From Acutalibacteraceae bacterium (GTDB lineage: Bacteria; Bacillota; Clostridia; Oscillospirales; Acutalibacteraceae): a stretch of DNA of 64,000 bases. This document shows, one piece after another, positions 26,635 to 36,444 of this stretch (the first letter of the stretch is position 1; every line of letters begins with the position of its first letter). The notes under the pieces are model-generated. The model did not search any database. It was given only the letters and a program-made list of their open reading frames with translations, and had not been told where the DNA came from. The position numbers and the translations under genes are program-made. Location of the stretch: positions 44,956-108,955 of the forward strand of contig JAZUNJ010000024.1 in assembly GCA_045604105.1 (NCBI GenBank). The letters run 5' to 3'.

Positions 26635-28801
26635 AAAAGTCCTTCAGCAAAGCTGCAAAGGGATTGTCGCTGTTGTCCTTCTTTTCTTCTCTTTGCTGCT
26701 TTTTCATATAGTTCATAACATCGAACTTGTTTGCTCCTGCGCTTTCCTTTCTCTTGTTGAAATCGGAAAGTCTTTCTCTGTAGCCGCAGACGCAGACGAA
26801 CATTTTTTTGTCACCCTCACCTCTGAGCTCAAGCTTTTTGTGGCAGTCGGGGCAGCGTGCGTTTGTCACCTGAGTCAGACCCTTACGGTAGCCGCATTCT
26901 CTGTCCTGACAAATGAGCATCTTGCCCTTTTTGCCGTTGACCTCAAGAAGATACTTTCCGCAGACGGGGCACTTGTCCTTGGTGGCGTTTTCGTGGTTAT
27001 ACTGAGCACTGCTTGTGATTACCATTGAAACAAGGGATGTGGAATAATCACGCATTTCTTTTATGAATCTGTTTTTGTCTGCAGTACCCTTTGAGATGTT
27101 CTGCAGCTGCTGCTCCCACTTTGCGGTAAGCTCTGCACTTTTAAGGTCGGGAGGCACAATGTTTATCAGCTGCTTGCCCTTGGCTGTGGGGTGAATTTCC
27201 TTGCCCACACGCTCAATCGAGAAGTTGTCGAAGAGCTTTTCGATGATATCGGCTCTTGTGGCAGGAGTGCCCAGACCACTCGTCTGACTGATAACAGCCT
27301 TGAGATTTTTGTCCGTAATCTGCTTTGACGGGTTTTCCATTGCTGAAAGCAGAGTAGCTTCAGTGTATCTTGCAGGGGGTCTTGTTTTGCCCTGAGTGAT
27401 TTTTGTTGAAAGCACGGGAAATTTTGCACCCTCTCTGATAACGGGCAGGCTTTGTGAACGGTTTTCGATGTCTTCCTCTTCCTCGTCATCAATTGCAGAG
27501 CCATAATATTCCTTCCAGCCCTGCACCTTTGCAGTTTTGCCCTTGGCAAAAAAGCTGTTGCCCTCAACGTCAACCTGCACCTTCACTTCGTCATATTCAT
27601 AGGGTGCGGAAAGCACCGCAAGAAAACGTCTGACAACAAGGTCATAGATGTTTCTTTCTTCGTAAGAAAGCTTCTGCAGGTTAGGTGACTGCTCTGTGGG
27701 TATGATGGCATGGTGGTCGCTGACCTTCGCATTGTTTACGATATATTTCGTGTCGATTTTGCCTCTCACAAGTCCCATTGCCCATTTCGCATAAGGTCCC
27801 ACAGCCATCGCACGAAGACGCTCGGGTATTGTGGCAACAACATCGTCTGTTATGTAGCGTGAGTCTGTTCTCGGGTAGGTGAGAACCTTGTGATATTCAT
27901 AAAGGCTCTGCATGTATGAAAGGGTCTGCTTTGCGCTGTAGCCGTACTTTTTGTTGGCGTCTCTCTGAAGCTCCGTCAGGTCATAGGCGGCAGGGGGAGA
28001 TTGCTTTTTTGCGCTTTTTTCAACCTTTACGGCAGTACCCGTTTTATTTTTAACGGCAGCTTCAATTTTTTCAACAAATTCACGGCTTGAAAACCTTGTG
28101 TTGTTTTTACCGTCTCTGAAGGTTCCCTTGAAGCCCTGGAAGGAAGCCTGAAGAGTGAAATAATCCTTAGGCTGAAACTTCATGATTTCCTCTTCTCTCT
28201 GCACAATGAGAGCGAGAGTGGGTGTCTGAACTCTGCCTGCAGAAAGCTGAGCGTTGTATTTGCAGGTAAGGGCTCTTGTGGTGTTAAGGCCAACAAGCCA
28301 GTCAGCCTCAGCTCTTGCCTGGGCAGAATAATAGAGATTGTCATATTCCTTGGCAGGCTTTAATTTAGCAAAGCCCTCCTTGATTGCTCTGTCGGTCTGA
28401 GATGAAATCCACAGTCTGTATGTGGGCTTTTTCCAGTGAGCCTTCATCATAATCCAACGTGCAACAAGCTCACCCTCACGTCCTGCGTCCGTTGCAATAA
28501 CAAGGGAGTCAACGTCGGGACGTTTCATAAGAGCCGATACAGCTCTGTATTGCTTTGAGGTCTGCTTTATAATAACAAGCTTCATTTTTTCGGGGAGCAT
28601 GGGCAAATCCTCAAGCTCCCATCTTTTATATTTGTCGTCATAGGCGTCAGGGTCAGCCAGTGTCACAAGGTGACCGAGTGCCCATGTGATAATGTATCTG
28701 TCACCGATAATACAGCCGTCGCCCTTGCCCTTACAGCCGAGTACCCTTGCAATATCTCTTGCCACAGAGGGCTTTTCGGCAAGCACCAATTGTTTTCCCA
28801 T
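26633..28801 (-). CDS. topB: DNA topoisomerase III
   Basis: Toprim N-terminus (LVLAEKPSVARDIARVLG), active-site region (LTYPRTDSRY) and C-terminal Cys4 zinc ribbons (CPVCGK...CQDRECGY; CPDCHKK...CVCGY). Confidence 0.9.
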   Translation of the reverse strand: MGKQLVLAEKPSVARDIARVLGCKGKGDGCIIGDRYIITWALGHLVTLADPDAYDDKYKRWELEDLPMLPEKMKLVIIKQTSKQYRAVSALMKRPDVDSLVIATDAGREGELVARWIMMKAHWKKPTYRLWISSQTDRAIKEGFAKLKPAKEYDNLYYSAQARAEADWLVGLNTTRALTCKYNAQLSAGRVQTPTLALIVQREEEIMKFQPKDYFTLQASFQGFKGTFRDGKNNTRFSSREFVEKIEAAVKNKTGTAVKVEKSAKKQSPPAAYDLTELQRDANKKYGYSAKQTLSYMQSLYEYHKVLTYPRTDSRYITDDVVATIPERLRAMAVGPYAKWAMGLVRGKIDTKYIVNNAKVSDHHAIIPTEQSPNLQKLSYEERNIYDLVVRRFLAVLSAPYEYDEVKVQVDVEGNSFFAKGKTAKVQGWKEYYGSAIDDEEEEDIENRSQSLPVIREGAKFPVLSTKITQGKTRPPARYTEATLLSAMENPSKQITDKNLKAVISQTSGLGTPATRADIIEKLFDNFSIERVGKEIHPTAKGKQLINIVPPDLKSAELTAKWEQQLQNISKGTADKNRFIKEMRDYSTSLVSMVITSSAQYNHENATKDKCPVCGKYLLEVNGKKGKMLICQDRECGYRKGLTQVTNARCPDCHKKLELRGEGDKKMFVCVCGYRERLSDFNKRKESAGANKFDVMNYMKKQQREEKKDNSDNPFAALLKDF

Positions 28802-28813
28802 AATTTATACCTC

Positions 28814-30076
28814 TTATTTTATAACAGACAGGCAGCAGTTACTTGTGTCAAAGCTGCAGATTGTCTTTTCAATTTCTTCTTTTGTGATTGTTTTGTAAAG
28901 CTCAAGTGTGTCAAAAAGGCCGTAGCCGTTGAAGTAGCAGTCAACAAGGCTGTTTGCAAGGTCATCAACATCATTGAAGGAGTTGACCTCGGCTCCGTAA
29001 AGCCTTTTCAGTGAAACGTCGAAATCCTCATCGGATATGCCCTGTGCCTGAAGTCTTTCAATTTCGGCAATAATTTTTTCCTGCACCTTGTGAGGGTTAT
29101 TGCTTTCACCCATGAACATTTTTGCGCTGAAGCCTCTGCCCGTGAAATATTCCTTTCCGAAGCTGCTGTTGATGATACCCTCTGAAAGCATTTCACTGTA
29201 AAGGGGAGAAACCTTGCCTGCAATGATATCAAGCACCAGGTTGCAAAGAACGGTTTCCTTTGCCGTGGGTACGGGGGAACTGAGAGCCTCTTTAAAGCCT
29301 ATGGCAAATTTCGGCATATCGACCTTAAGGTCCTCTTCAATATATTTTTCTTTAACCTCATAAGGCTCTTCGGGGATAATCTGCTCAAAGAAAACAGGTT
29401 CTTCCTTTTTGAGAATTCTGTCAGCAATGGAAAGAACCGCTTCCTTTTTCACATTGCCTGCAACGGCAAGAGTCATGTTTGAAAGGTTATAGAAGGTGTT
29501 ATAGCAGGAATAGAGAAGACCGGCATTGATTTGTGCGATGGATTCAATTGTACCTGCAATGTCAATGCGTACCGGGTTGTTGTGATAAAGACCTCTGAGC
29601 AGGTTGAAAAGCACCTGCCAGTCAGGGTCGTCCTGATACATTCTTATTTCCTGACCGATTATACCCTGCTCCTTGAGTACGGTTTTCTCAGTGAAGAAGG
29701 GAGCTTTCACAAAATCAAGAAGAATTTCAAGGTTCTTTTCAAAATTATCTGCACAACGGAAAAGGTAGCAGGTGCGGTCAAAGGATGTGAAGGCATTTGC
29801 CGAAGCACCTGTTTTTGCAAATCTTTCAAAGGCGTCAAGCTCCTCGCTTTCAAAAAGCTTGTGCTCAAGAAAATGAGCAATACCCTCAGGAACCGATGTG
29901 TAGCTTTCTTCGCCCTTTATTCTGAAGCAGGTATCCACTGAGCCGTACTTTGTGCCGAACATCGCAAAGGCACCTGAATAATCGGGCTTTTCCATAACAA
30001 AAATCTTAAGCCCCGAGGAGTGTTCAATTTCATAGTAGCTTTCATTAAGAAGCTCATTTTTTATAAGCTTTTCCAT
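28814..30076 (-). CDS. M16-family zinc peptidase (active subunit, YmfH-like)
   Basis: The inverted zinc motif HxxEH is present (GIAHFLEHKLFE). 420 aa. It abuts the upstream M16 gene with no intergenic gap (upstream stop ends at 30077, this start at 30076). Confidence 0.85.
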   Translation of the reverse strand: MEKLIKNELLNESYYEIEHSSGLKIFVMEKPDYSGAFAMFGTKYGSVDTCFRIKGEESYTSVPEGIAHFLEHKLFESEELDAFERFAKTGASANAFTSFDRTCYLFRCADNFEKNLEILLDFVKAPFFTEKTVLKEQGIIGQEIRMYQDDPDWQVLFNLLRGLYHNNPVRIDIAGTIESIAQINAGLLYSCYNTFYNLSNMTLAVAGNVKKEAVLSIADRILKKEEPVFFEQIIPEEPYEVKEKYIEEDLKVDMPKFAIGFKEALSSPVPTAKETVLCNLVLDIIAGKVSPLYSEMLSEGIINSSFGKEYFTGRGFSAKMFMGESNNPHKVQEKIIAEIERLQAQGISDEDFDVSLKRLYGAEVNSFNDVDDLANSLVDCYFNGYGLFDTLELYKTITKEEIEKTICSFDTSNCCLSVIK

Positions 30077-31360
30077 TTATTCTGCCTCCTTTTCGCTTTC
30101 AAGGATGAATACGGTGTCTTCCGTTACCATGTTTGCGGCAATAATAATTTCCTCACGGCTTACATTTTTGATAAGCTTTGTGTATTCCTCGGGTGTTCTG
30201 AATTCACCTGAAAGGCAGTTGATTGTGAACCATGAATCAATTGAGCCCACAGAATCCATAACGGATTTATACATGTCTGTAAGACTCAGAATTGCATTGC
30301 TGACTGTTTCATCGGTGAAAATGCCCTGTCTTACATCGTCAAGCTCATGTCTTATTGCATCAAGAGCCTTTTGTGCATTTTCTGTTTCAACACCGCTTTC
30401 AACAACGATAAGACCCTTGTTGTTGATAAGCCTTGCAGAGCAGTAATAGCAAAGGCTCATTTTTTCACGCACATTCATAAACAGCTTTGAAAAGGTGCCG
30501 CTGCCGAAAATTGCCGTCATAACCTTAATGGCTGCAAAGTTGTCCCATTCATAGGTCATGCCTGCCCTCATTCCAATAACAAGCTTGCCCTGCTTCACCT
30601 TCTGCTTTTCGGTGATAAGATTGCTTTCGTAGCTTTCCGTAAGAAATTCCGTACGGATTTCTTTTATATCCTCTTTCTTTCTCTGTAAGGAATCAAAACG
30701 GCATCTGATTTTGCTCTCGATCTCATTTTCGTCAAAGTTACCTGTAACATTAATCTGAACAGGGCAGGTGAAAAGAATGCTTTTCCATGCTTCAAAAAGG
30801 TCTTTTCCGCAAAGCTCAGCAATTCTTTCCTTTTTTCCAAGGCGTTCAATGCCGTAATTTTCATTACAGCACATTTCTTCAATCATTCTGCCAAAGGCAT
30901 AAACACGCTTGTCGTCCTTTTCGCTTTCAATTTTTTCAATAAGAAGGCGCTTTTCACGCTCAATATTTTCTTCCTTGAAGCCTTCGGGAGTTATGTCGGG
31001 CTCAAAAAGGCATGAAAGAAGAAGGTCAACCCCCTCAGAAAGAAGCTTCTCACCTCTGAGAGAGAAGCGCTCGTCAATTGAAGCAAGGGTCAGGGATAAA
31101 ACCTGGGCTTCACCAACCTTGAGCACAGAGGGTGAAAGTGAAGCACCGTAAAGTGAGGCGAGCTTACGGTTCATTGTTATAACAGAGGGATAATTTTTAT
31201 TTGTTCTGGCAAGAAGATAGGTGAGAAGAGCCTTCTCACTTGCACAGGCATCAAGGGGAGTGATGATGTTGAGTGTCACAACAGATGTTTTGAACTGAGT
31301 GGTTTTATGAGTGCAAAGCTTCACGCCGTTCAATATTTCTTTTATGTTCATTTGAGTCAC
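30077..31360 (-). CDS. M16-family peptidase-like protein lacking HxxEH (non-catalytic partner, YmfF-like)
   Basis: 427 aa with M16-like length and layout. The HxxEH position reads ALLTYLLARTNK. It is adjacent to and co-oriented with the active M16 gene. Confidence 0.75.
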   Translation of the reverse strand: MTQMNIKEILNGVKLCTHKTTQFKTSVVTLNIITPLDACASEKALLTYLLARTNKNYPSVITMNRKLASLYGASLSPSVLKVGEAQVLSLTLASIDERFSLRGEKLLSEGVDLLLSCLFEPDITPEGFKEENIEREKRLLIEKIESEKDDKRVYAFGRMIEEMCCNENYGIERLGKKERIAELCGKDLFEAWKSILFTCPVQINVTGNFDENEIESKIRCRFDSLQRKKEDIKEIRTEFLTESYESNLITEKQKVKQGKLVIGMRAGMTYEWDNFAAIKVMTAIFGSGTFSKLFMNVREKMSLCYYCSARLINNKGLIVVESGVETENAQKALDAIRHELDDVRQGIFTDETVSNAILSLTDMYKSVMDSVGSIDSWFTINCLSGEFRTPEEYTKLIKNVSREEIIIAANMVTEDTVFILESEKEAE

Positions 31361-31468
31361 CTCGTATAAAAATGAGTATTTAGTTTATTATACCATAAAA
31401 TGCCGACAGTATGCAAGAACGAAAAAACAGCGGCAGAGCTCGGGCGTCTGTCGCTGTGTATGAAAAGC

Positions 31469-31966
31469 TTATTTTGGCAGATTGTCGTCACTGAGAGTAT
31501 TGACAACAATGGGTTCATTTTTACTTGTCTTAAAAGCAGTGCCGTTTCCGTTGGTCTGCTTGGGTGCTGTCCAGCATACAGGAAGACCGAAAGCATCCTG
31601 CTTATATGCTCCGAAGAGGATTTTTGTGGTCTCCGTTGCAGTGTAAATCATGCTGAGTATGAGTCGCATAATGGGCGATGAAAGTCCGGGAGAGGGAGTA
31701 CCGGAATCGGAAACAAGGCTGATTCCGGCAAGGGTTGCCTCGGTAGTGAATTCCACATATTCCTTAAGTCCCATTTTGTATTTGGAGCGTACCTCCTGAG
31801 CCTCATCATAAAAGCCTAACCATTCAAGATGCAGACCGTAATCAGCTTTAAGCCATGCTTTGAACAGCAAGGTAAATCTGGAGCGCCAGCCTTTTTTCAG
31901 TGCCTCTTGTTTGATTTGTTCTCTTTTTTGCATTTCTTTAATAACCTTTTTAGTGTTATTGTTCAT
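31469..31966 (-). CDS. Hypothetical protein (165 aa)
   Basis: The ATG at 31966 is preceded by agaggaggg. The N-terminus is a lysine-rich helix. I recognise no family. Confidence 0.45.
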   Translation of the reverse strand: MNNNTKKVIKEMQKREQIKQEALKKGWRSRFTLLFKAWLKADYGLHLEWLGFYDEAQEVRSKYKMGLKEYVEFTTEATLAGISLVSDSGTPSPGLSSPIMRLILSMIYTATETTKILFGAYKQDAFGLPVCWTAPKQTNGNGTAFKTSKNEPIVVNTLSDDNLPK

Positions 31967-32063
31967 GTGTATTACCCTCCTCTTTGTACAGTAACAGTAT
32001 ATAGTGCATGATTTCAAAAGTCAATAAATTATATCAGAAAACAGTTGAGTATTATTGATTTTA

Positions 32064-32095
32064 AATTAAAGCCGGCACTCAGTGCCGGCTTTAAT
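32064..32095 (-). terminator. Terminator after the 724-aa transporter gene
   Basis: aaagccggcact-c-agtgccggcttt palindrome with AT-rich flanks. Confidence 0.55.
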
Positions 32096-34270
32096 TTAAA
32101 CGCTTTGTGCTGCCATAAGGGCGCTGTATCTTTCCTCAAGCTCTTCATAATGGGTGTAATACTGAGTCTGGTCAATAAGACTTCTGGCCTGAGTATAGGG
32201 CTTATTGACTCTGTTATAAACAGATTCAGCCTTCAGATATTTTTTAATTTCCCTTCTTTGCTGAAGGCTCTGCATGAAGCCTGAGGTTTCACGCTCAAGG
32301 ATTTCATTCTTTACTGACTCGTTGGGAGCATGAATGTTTTCCTTGCCGTATTTCTCAATAAGATGTGCAGCTTCCTTTTTAATCCGTGCATTTTTAATCA
32401 TTTCTTCACGGATTTCCTTTTCTTCCTTTGTGGATTTGGGGAGCATTCTGGCTTCACGGAGAAGCTCGGAAGCGTTGACATAATGATACATGGGGCCTTG
32501 TGCAAGGTCTGCATGGGCAACTTTAAGCTTTGCTATTCCTGTTTTGGTTGAGAATTTGTTCAGGTCTTCAAGAATAATGGGAGCTCTTTCAATTGCAAGG
32601 TTAGTTTCCTTTATATCTCTTATTTCCTGACGAGCCTTTTTAATTGCCGCATAACGGATTTCCTTTTCTTCTTCCGTCTTGCTGGGAAGCTTCCTTGCTT
32701 TTTTCAAGGCAGTCTTATCTATAGCAGATTTTTCCTTTCCGTAAAGCTCCTTTGCCTGATGAATAATTTCCATTGCATCTGTAAGCTCATCGTCTTCAAG
32801 AAGTCCCAGAGTGTAGTTTTCAAACATGGCACGGATTCTAAGTACATCAACATAGGCTTTGTGCTTGTTTTCCGTAAGGTCGTAAAACAGGTAGGGGATA
32901 AGATTGAATATAGCACCAAAAATTGAGCAGATGATAAGAACCTCAAAAAGGCCATTTCTCATATTGTCGTCATAAAGAACGTTGTAATCCTCTAAAAGAC
33001 CCATTTTTTCGTATATTGCGGGGTAGAAGGAGCCGGTAAAAAATCCGATTACCGTACCAATCATACCTAAAGGTCCGAAAAGTCCGTCAACACGGACGCC
33101 TGTTTTCCACTGGTGGTAGTCACGCATATCTGCACTGATGTTGTGCTGAACAATGTTCCAGAAGGTGTTTATAAAGTTGTTGAAATACCAGAGAACGCAG
33201 ATAAGAATAAGATTCTCATATGTGAAATAAAGGGCAATAAGCACCAATACATTAATGGAGTTTGCCGTAATAAGAAGATTCCTTTTGCCGATTGCCTTGA
33301 TAACAATGGGTGCAAGGAGCATTGACCAGAGAGCCGCATTACCGATAATTGTGTTTGCAAGGCCGAGAGATGCCTGATACTGTCCGCCGTGGCCGTAAAC
33401 GAATGACCAGCCCAAAATAACGCCGTAGCCCGATTCAAGGAACACTACCCAAGCGGCCGCATGAATAATCCAGTAATACTTATTTTTTGCAACCTCACGT
33501 ATTGCATCAAGCATTCTTACAGGCTCAGGATTTTTCTTGGGAAGAATAAGTCTTTCCTTAACCTTGCGGAAAAATACCATGCTGAATACAAGACCGATTA
33601 CCGAGAAAACGGGGTAAATTATTCTGTATGTCTGAATGTTGTTAAGGCCGCCTGTGAGGGGCGCCAGAAGGGGAATGAAAAGATTTGAAAGAGTCGGAGC
33701 CAAAGAGTAAATTACCTGAGAAATACTTGTGACCGTTGCTCTTTCCTGAGCGTCGGGGCTTATTATCTGCTGAAAATATGTATAGCTTTCAGTGTAAAAG
33801 CTTAGAAACACATTCAAAAGCAGATACATCACTTCAACCACAACTGCCTTGGTGATATAATTCCAGTTTTCATAAGGAAGCCAGACGAAGATAATTGATA
33901 TAAGGAAAATAGGTACGGCGGTCATTCTTATAAAGGGAAGGAATTTTCCTCCTTTTATATGGTGGTTGTCGTAATACCAGCTTCTGAAAATACCCATAGG
34001 GATACCCACAAAATTTGCCACTATGAGCATTATCTGCAAATCCATGGGCTTAAGACCGATGCACGCGCCTACAAGAAAGTTGGATGCATTAAGTCCTATT
34101 GTTGATGCTAAAAGTCCAAGCCAGTTTGCACCGAAGCCGGCTCCGCTGATAGAGGCAATCTCCTTATAAGGAACATAATTGCCCTTGGGCGGCGTTGTCC
34201 AGTATTCCTTTGCTGTTGAAATAATGTTTTTAACCTTCTGAACAGGCGTAGCTCTTGAATAATTCTCCAT
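32096..34270 (-). CDS. GPH/MFS-like membrane transporter with ~250-aa cytoplasmic coiled-coil C-terminal extension
   Basis: About 12 TM helices over the first ~470 aa. A charged helical tail follows, containing a duplicated motif ARKLPSKTEEEKEIRYAAIKKAR / ARMLPKSTKEEKEIREEMIKNAR. Paralog of ORF 8..1495. Confidence 0.6.
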   Translation of the reverse strand: MENYSRATPVQKVKNIISTAKEYWTTPPKGNYVPYKEIASISGAGFGANWLGLLASTIGLNASNFLVGACIGLKPMDLQIMLIVANFVGIPMGIFRSWYYDNHHIKGGKFLPFIRMTAVPIFLISIIFVWLPYENWNYITKAVVVEVMYLLLNVFLSFYTESYTYFQQIISPDAQERATVTSISQVIYSLAPTLSNLFIPLLAPLTGGLNNIQTYRIIYPVFSVIGLVFSMVFFRKVKERLILPKKNPEPVRMLDAIREVAKNKYYWIIHAAAWVVFLESGYGVILGWSFVYGHGGQYQASLGLANTIIGNAALWSMLLAPIVIKAIGKRNLLITANSINVLVLIALYFTYENLILICVLWYFNNFINTFWNIVQHNISADMRDYHQWKTGVRVDGLFGPLGMIGTVIGFFTGSFYPAIYEKMGLLEDYNVLYDDNMRNGLFEVLIICSIFGAIFNLIPYLFYDLTENKHKAYVDVLRIRAMFENYTLGLLEDDELTDAMEIIHQAKELYGKEKSAIDKTALKKARKLPSKTEEEKEIRYAAIKKARQEIRDIKETNLAIERAPIILEDLNKFSTKTGIAKLKVAHADLAQGPMYHYVNASELLREARMLPKSTKEEKEIREEMIKNARIKKEAAHLIEKYGKENIHAPNESVKNEILERETSGFMQSLQQRREIKKYLKAESVYNRVNKPYTQARSLIDQTQYYTHYEELEERYSALMAAQSV

Positions 34271-34363
34271 ATTTTTCTACCTCCGTTGACAGGATTATAT
34301 CATGAAATAAAAATAAAATAAATAGTATATCGTATTTTTTAAGCCAAAGTTTGCGTTTTTTTG

Positions 34364-34392
34364 CAAAAAAACACAGGCAGATAATCTACCTG
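34364..34392 (-). terminator. Terminator after putP
   Basis: The minus strand reads caggtag-attat-ctgcctg followed by tgttttttt. Confidence 0.5.
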
Positions 34393-34409
34393 CGTTATTA
34401 TAGGATTTA

Positions 34410-36014
34410 TTATTCTTCAATTGTTCCTGCTTTAACTTTTTCAAATTCTTCCTCAATTTCCTTTGAGGGCTTCTTTGTGAGAAGTGAAACCGCAACAATG
34501 AAAATGCAGGAAATAATGAATGCGGGCATAAGCTCATAAATTGCAAACACACCGCCGAGAGGCTTGAGGGCAAGCTTCCAGATGAAGACCATTGCTGCAC
34601 CTGAAACCATACCGGCAATTGCACCGGGGTAGGTTGTTCTCTTCCAGAACAGTGAGAAGAGAATGATGGGTCCGAAGGTTGCACCGAAGCCTGACCATGC
34701 AAAGGAAACAATATCAAAAATAACGCTGTCTTCGTCCCATGCAATCACAATGCCGATGGCAGAGATGATAAGAAGAGCAATTCTTGAAATCCACATAACT
34801 GATTTGTCGTCTGCATCCTTTTTGGTAAGCTTTTTGAAAAGGCCTGTTGCTCTGGGTGATTTTTCATAAATATTCTTGGCAAAGGCTGAGGAGGCAATGA
34901 GAAGATATGAGTCTGAGGAGCTGATTGTTGCTGCAAGAATACCTGCCATAACAACACCTGCAAGAATTGCGGGAAGAAGATACTGTGAAAGATTGATAAA
35001 GATGTTTTCTGCTCCGCCGCTTGTGAGAAGATTTGCCTCTGTGGGGAAAATTGATCTTCCGATAACACCGATGCAAACTGCAGCAAACAGTGAAATGATA
35101 ACCCATACGGTTGCAATTCGGCGGGACTTCTTAAGCTCGCTTGTTTTTCTGATAGCCATAAATCTCAGAAGAACCTGAGGAATGCCGAAGTAGCCGAGAC
35201 CCCATGATGCAGTTGAAAGAATTGTGAGGAGGCTGTAATCTGAAGCCTCGCCGAACTGTGCCACACCGTCAACAACCTGCTGAACACCGTTTGCATCTGT
35301 TATGGGGGAAGCCATGCTTGTGAGTGAAAGGTAGCCGGGAATTGCCTGTGCGTTAGCTATAACAGCTTCAATGCCGCCTGCATTGATTGTACCGGTTACA
35401 AGAACTGCAACAAGTGCCACAACCATAACAATTGCCTGCATGAAGTCAGAAACGCTTTCTGCAAGGAAGCCGCCAAGGAAGGTATAGAACACAACGAAAA
35501 CAGCGCCGACGATAAGCATTGAATGGTAGCTGTAGCCGAAAAGGGTGCTGAAAAGCTTTCCGCAGGTCACAAAGCAGCTTGAAGCATAAACGGTAAAGAA
35601 GATGAGAATAAACACAGCTGAAAGAGTCATTATGATATTCTTCTTTTCGTGATATCTGTTTGAGAAGAATTCGGGAATTGTAATTGCATTGCCTGCAACT
35701 GCTGAATAATTTCTCAGCCTTTTTGCAACGATGAGCCAGTTTACGTATGTACCGACAGCAAGGCCGATAGCAGTCCATGCAGCGTCGGCAATGCCGCACC
35801 AGTAAGCAACACCGGGCAGACCCATAAGCAGCCAGCCGCTCATGTCTGAGGCTTCAGCACTCATTGCTGCAACCCAGGGACCGAGCGTTCTGCCACCGAT
35901 AAAATAATCCTCGGAGCTTTTATTTGCACGCTTTGCATAGAACAGGCCGATTGCTACAACTATAAGCATATAGCCTGCCATTGCAAGAAAAATCTGTAAG
36001 GTTGATGAATCCAT
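34410..36014 (-). CDS. putP: Sodium:proline symporter (SSS family)
   Basis: GGRTLGPWVAAMSAEASDMSGWLLMGLPG is the PutP-type signature. About 13 TM helices. The ATG at 36014 follows ggaggaaaag. Confidence 0.85.
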   Translation of the reverse strand: MDSSTLQIFLAMAGYMLIVVAIGLFYAKRANKSSEDYFIGGRTLGPWVAAMSAEASDMSGWLLMGLPGVAYWCGIADAAWTAIGLAVGTYVNWLIVAKRLRNYSAVAGNAITIPEFFSNRYHEKKNIIMTLSAVFILIFFTVYASSCFVTCGKLFSTLFGYSYHSMLIVGAVFVVFYTFLGGFLAESVSDFMQAIVMVVALVAVLVTGTINAGGIEAVIANAQAIPGYLSLTSMASPITDANGVQQVVDGVAQFGEASDYSLLTILSTASWGLGYFGIPQVLLRFMAIRKTSELKKSRRIATVWVIISLFAAVCIGVIGRSIFPTEANLLTSGGAENIFINLSQYLLPAILAGVVMAGILAATISSSDSYLLIASSAFAKNIYEKSPRATGLFKKLTKKDADDKSVMWISRIALLIISAIGIVIAWDEDSVIFDIVSFAWSGFGATFGPIILFSLFWKRTTYPGAIAGMVSGAAMVFIWKLALKPLGGVFAIYELMPAFIISCIFIVAVSLLTKKPSKEIEEEFEKVKAGTIEE

Positions 36015-36444
36015 ATCTTTTCCTCCAATCAAATAAATAGGAATCTAGTATATCACAACTTTTTAGCTTTGTAAAGTGATAAATCGATAAAATGCTGAAT
36101 CAGAACAATTAAACTAACATTAAAGTAGAAATGCTATAATTTCTTCATTGGTAAAACTGTACACAGCAAAAGACGAAAAAGGCTTTTCAAATCGAAAACA
36201 GACCATGAAAAAGGTTTTAATGGTAATTTTTAACAATGTTTAAATTGACTAAAAAAGCCCCTGAAACCCAAGCTTAAATGCCGTAAATGTCAAAATTAAT
36301 CATTAAAATTTTAAATAAATGAAAAAATATCTAAAAAAATTGCTCCTTTATATTGCAAAATGCCGATAAGTTTTGTATAATGGTAAAAGTGACGATAGTC
36401 AAAATATCCAATTCGTGCAAAATTTAAAGTTGGGGGACAGTTTT

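Noticed and set aside
34295-34744. 149-aa ORF overlapping the 3' end of putP in another frame
   Set aside because: The putP frame is strongly supported by SSS-family motifs. The alternative ORF is Ser/Pro/Gln-rich and runs into the terminator region.
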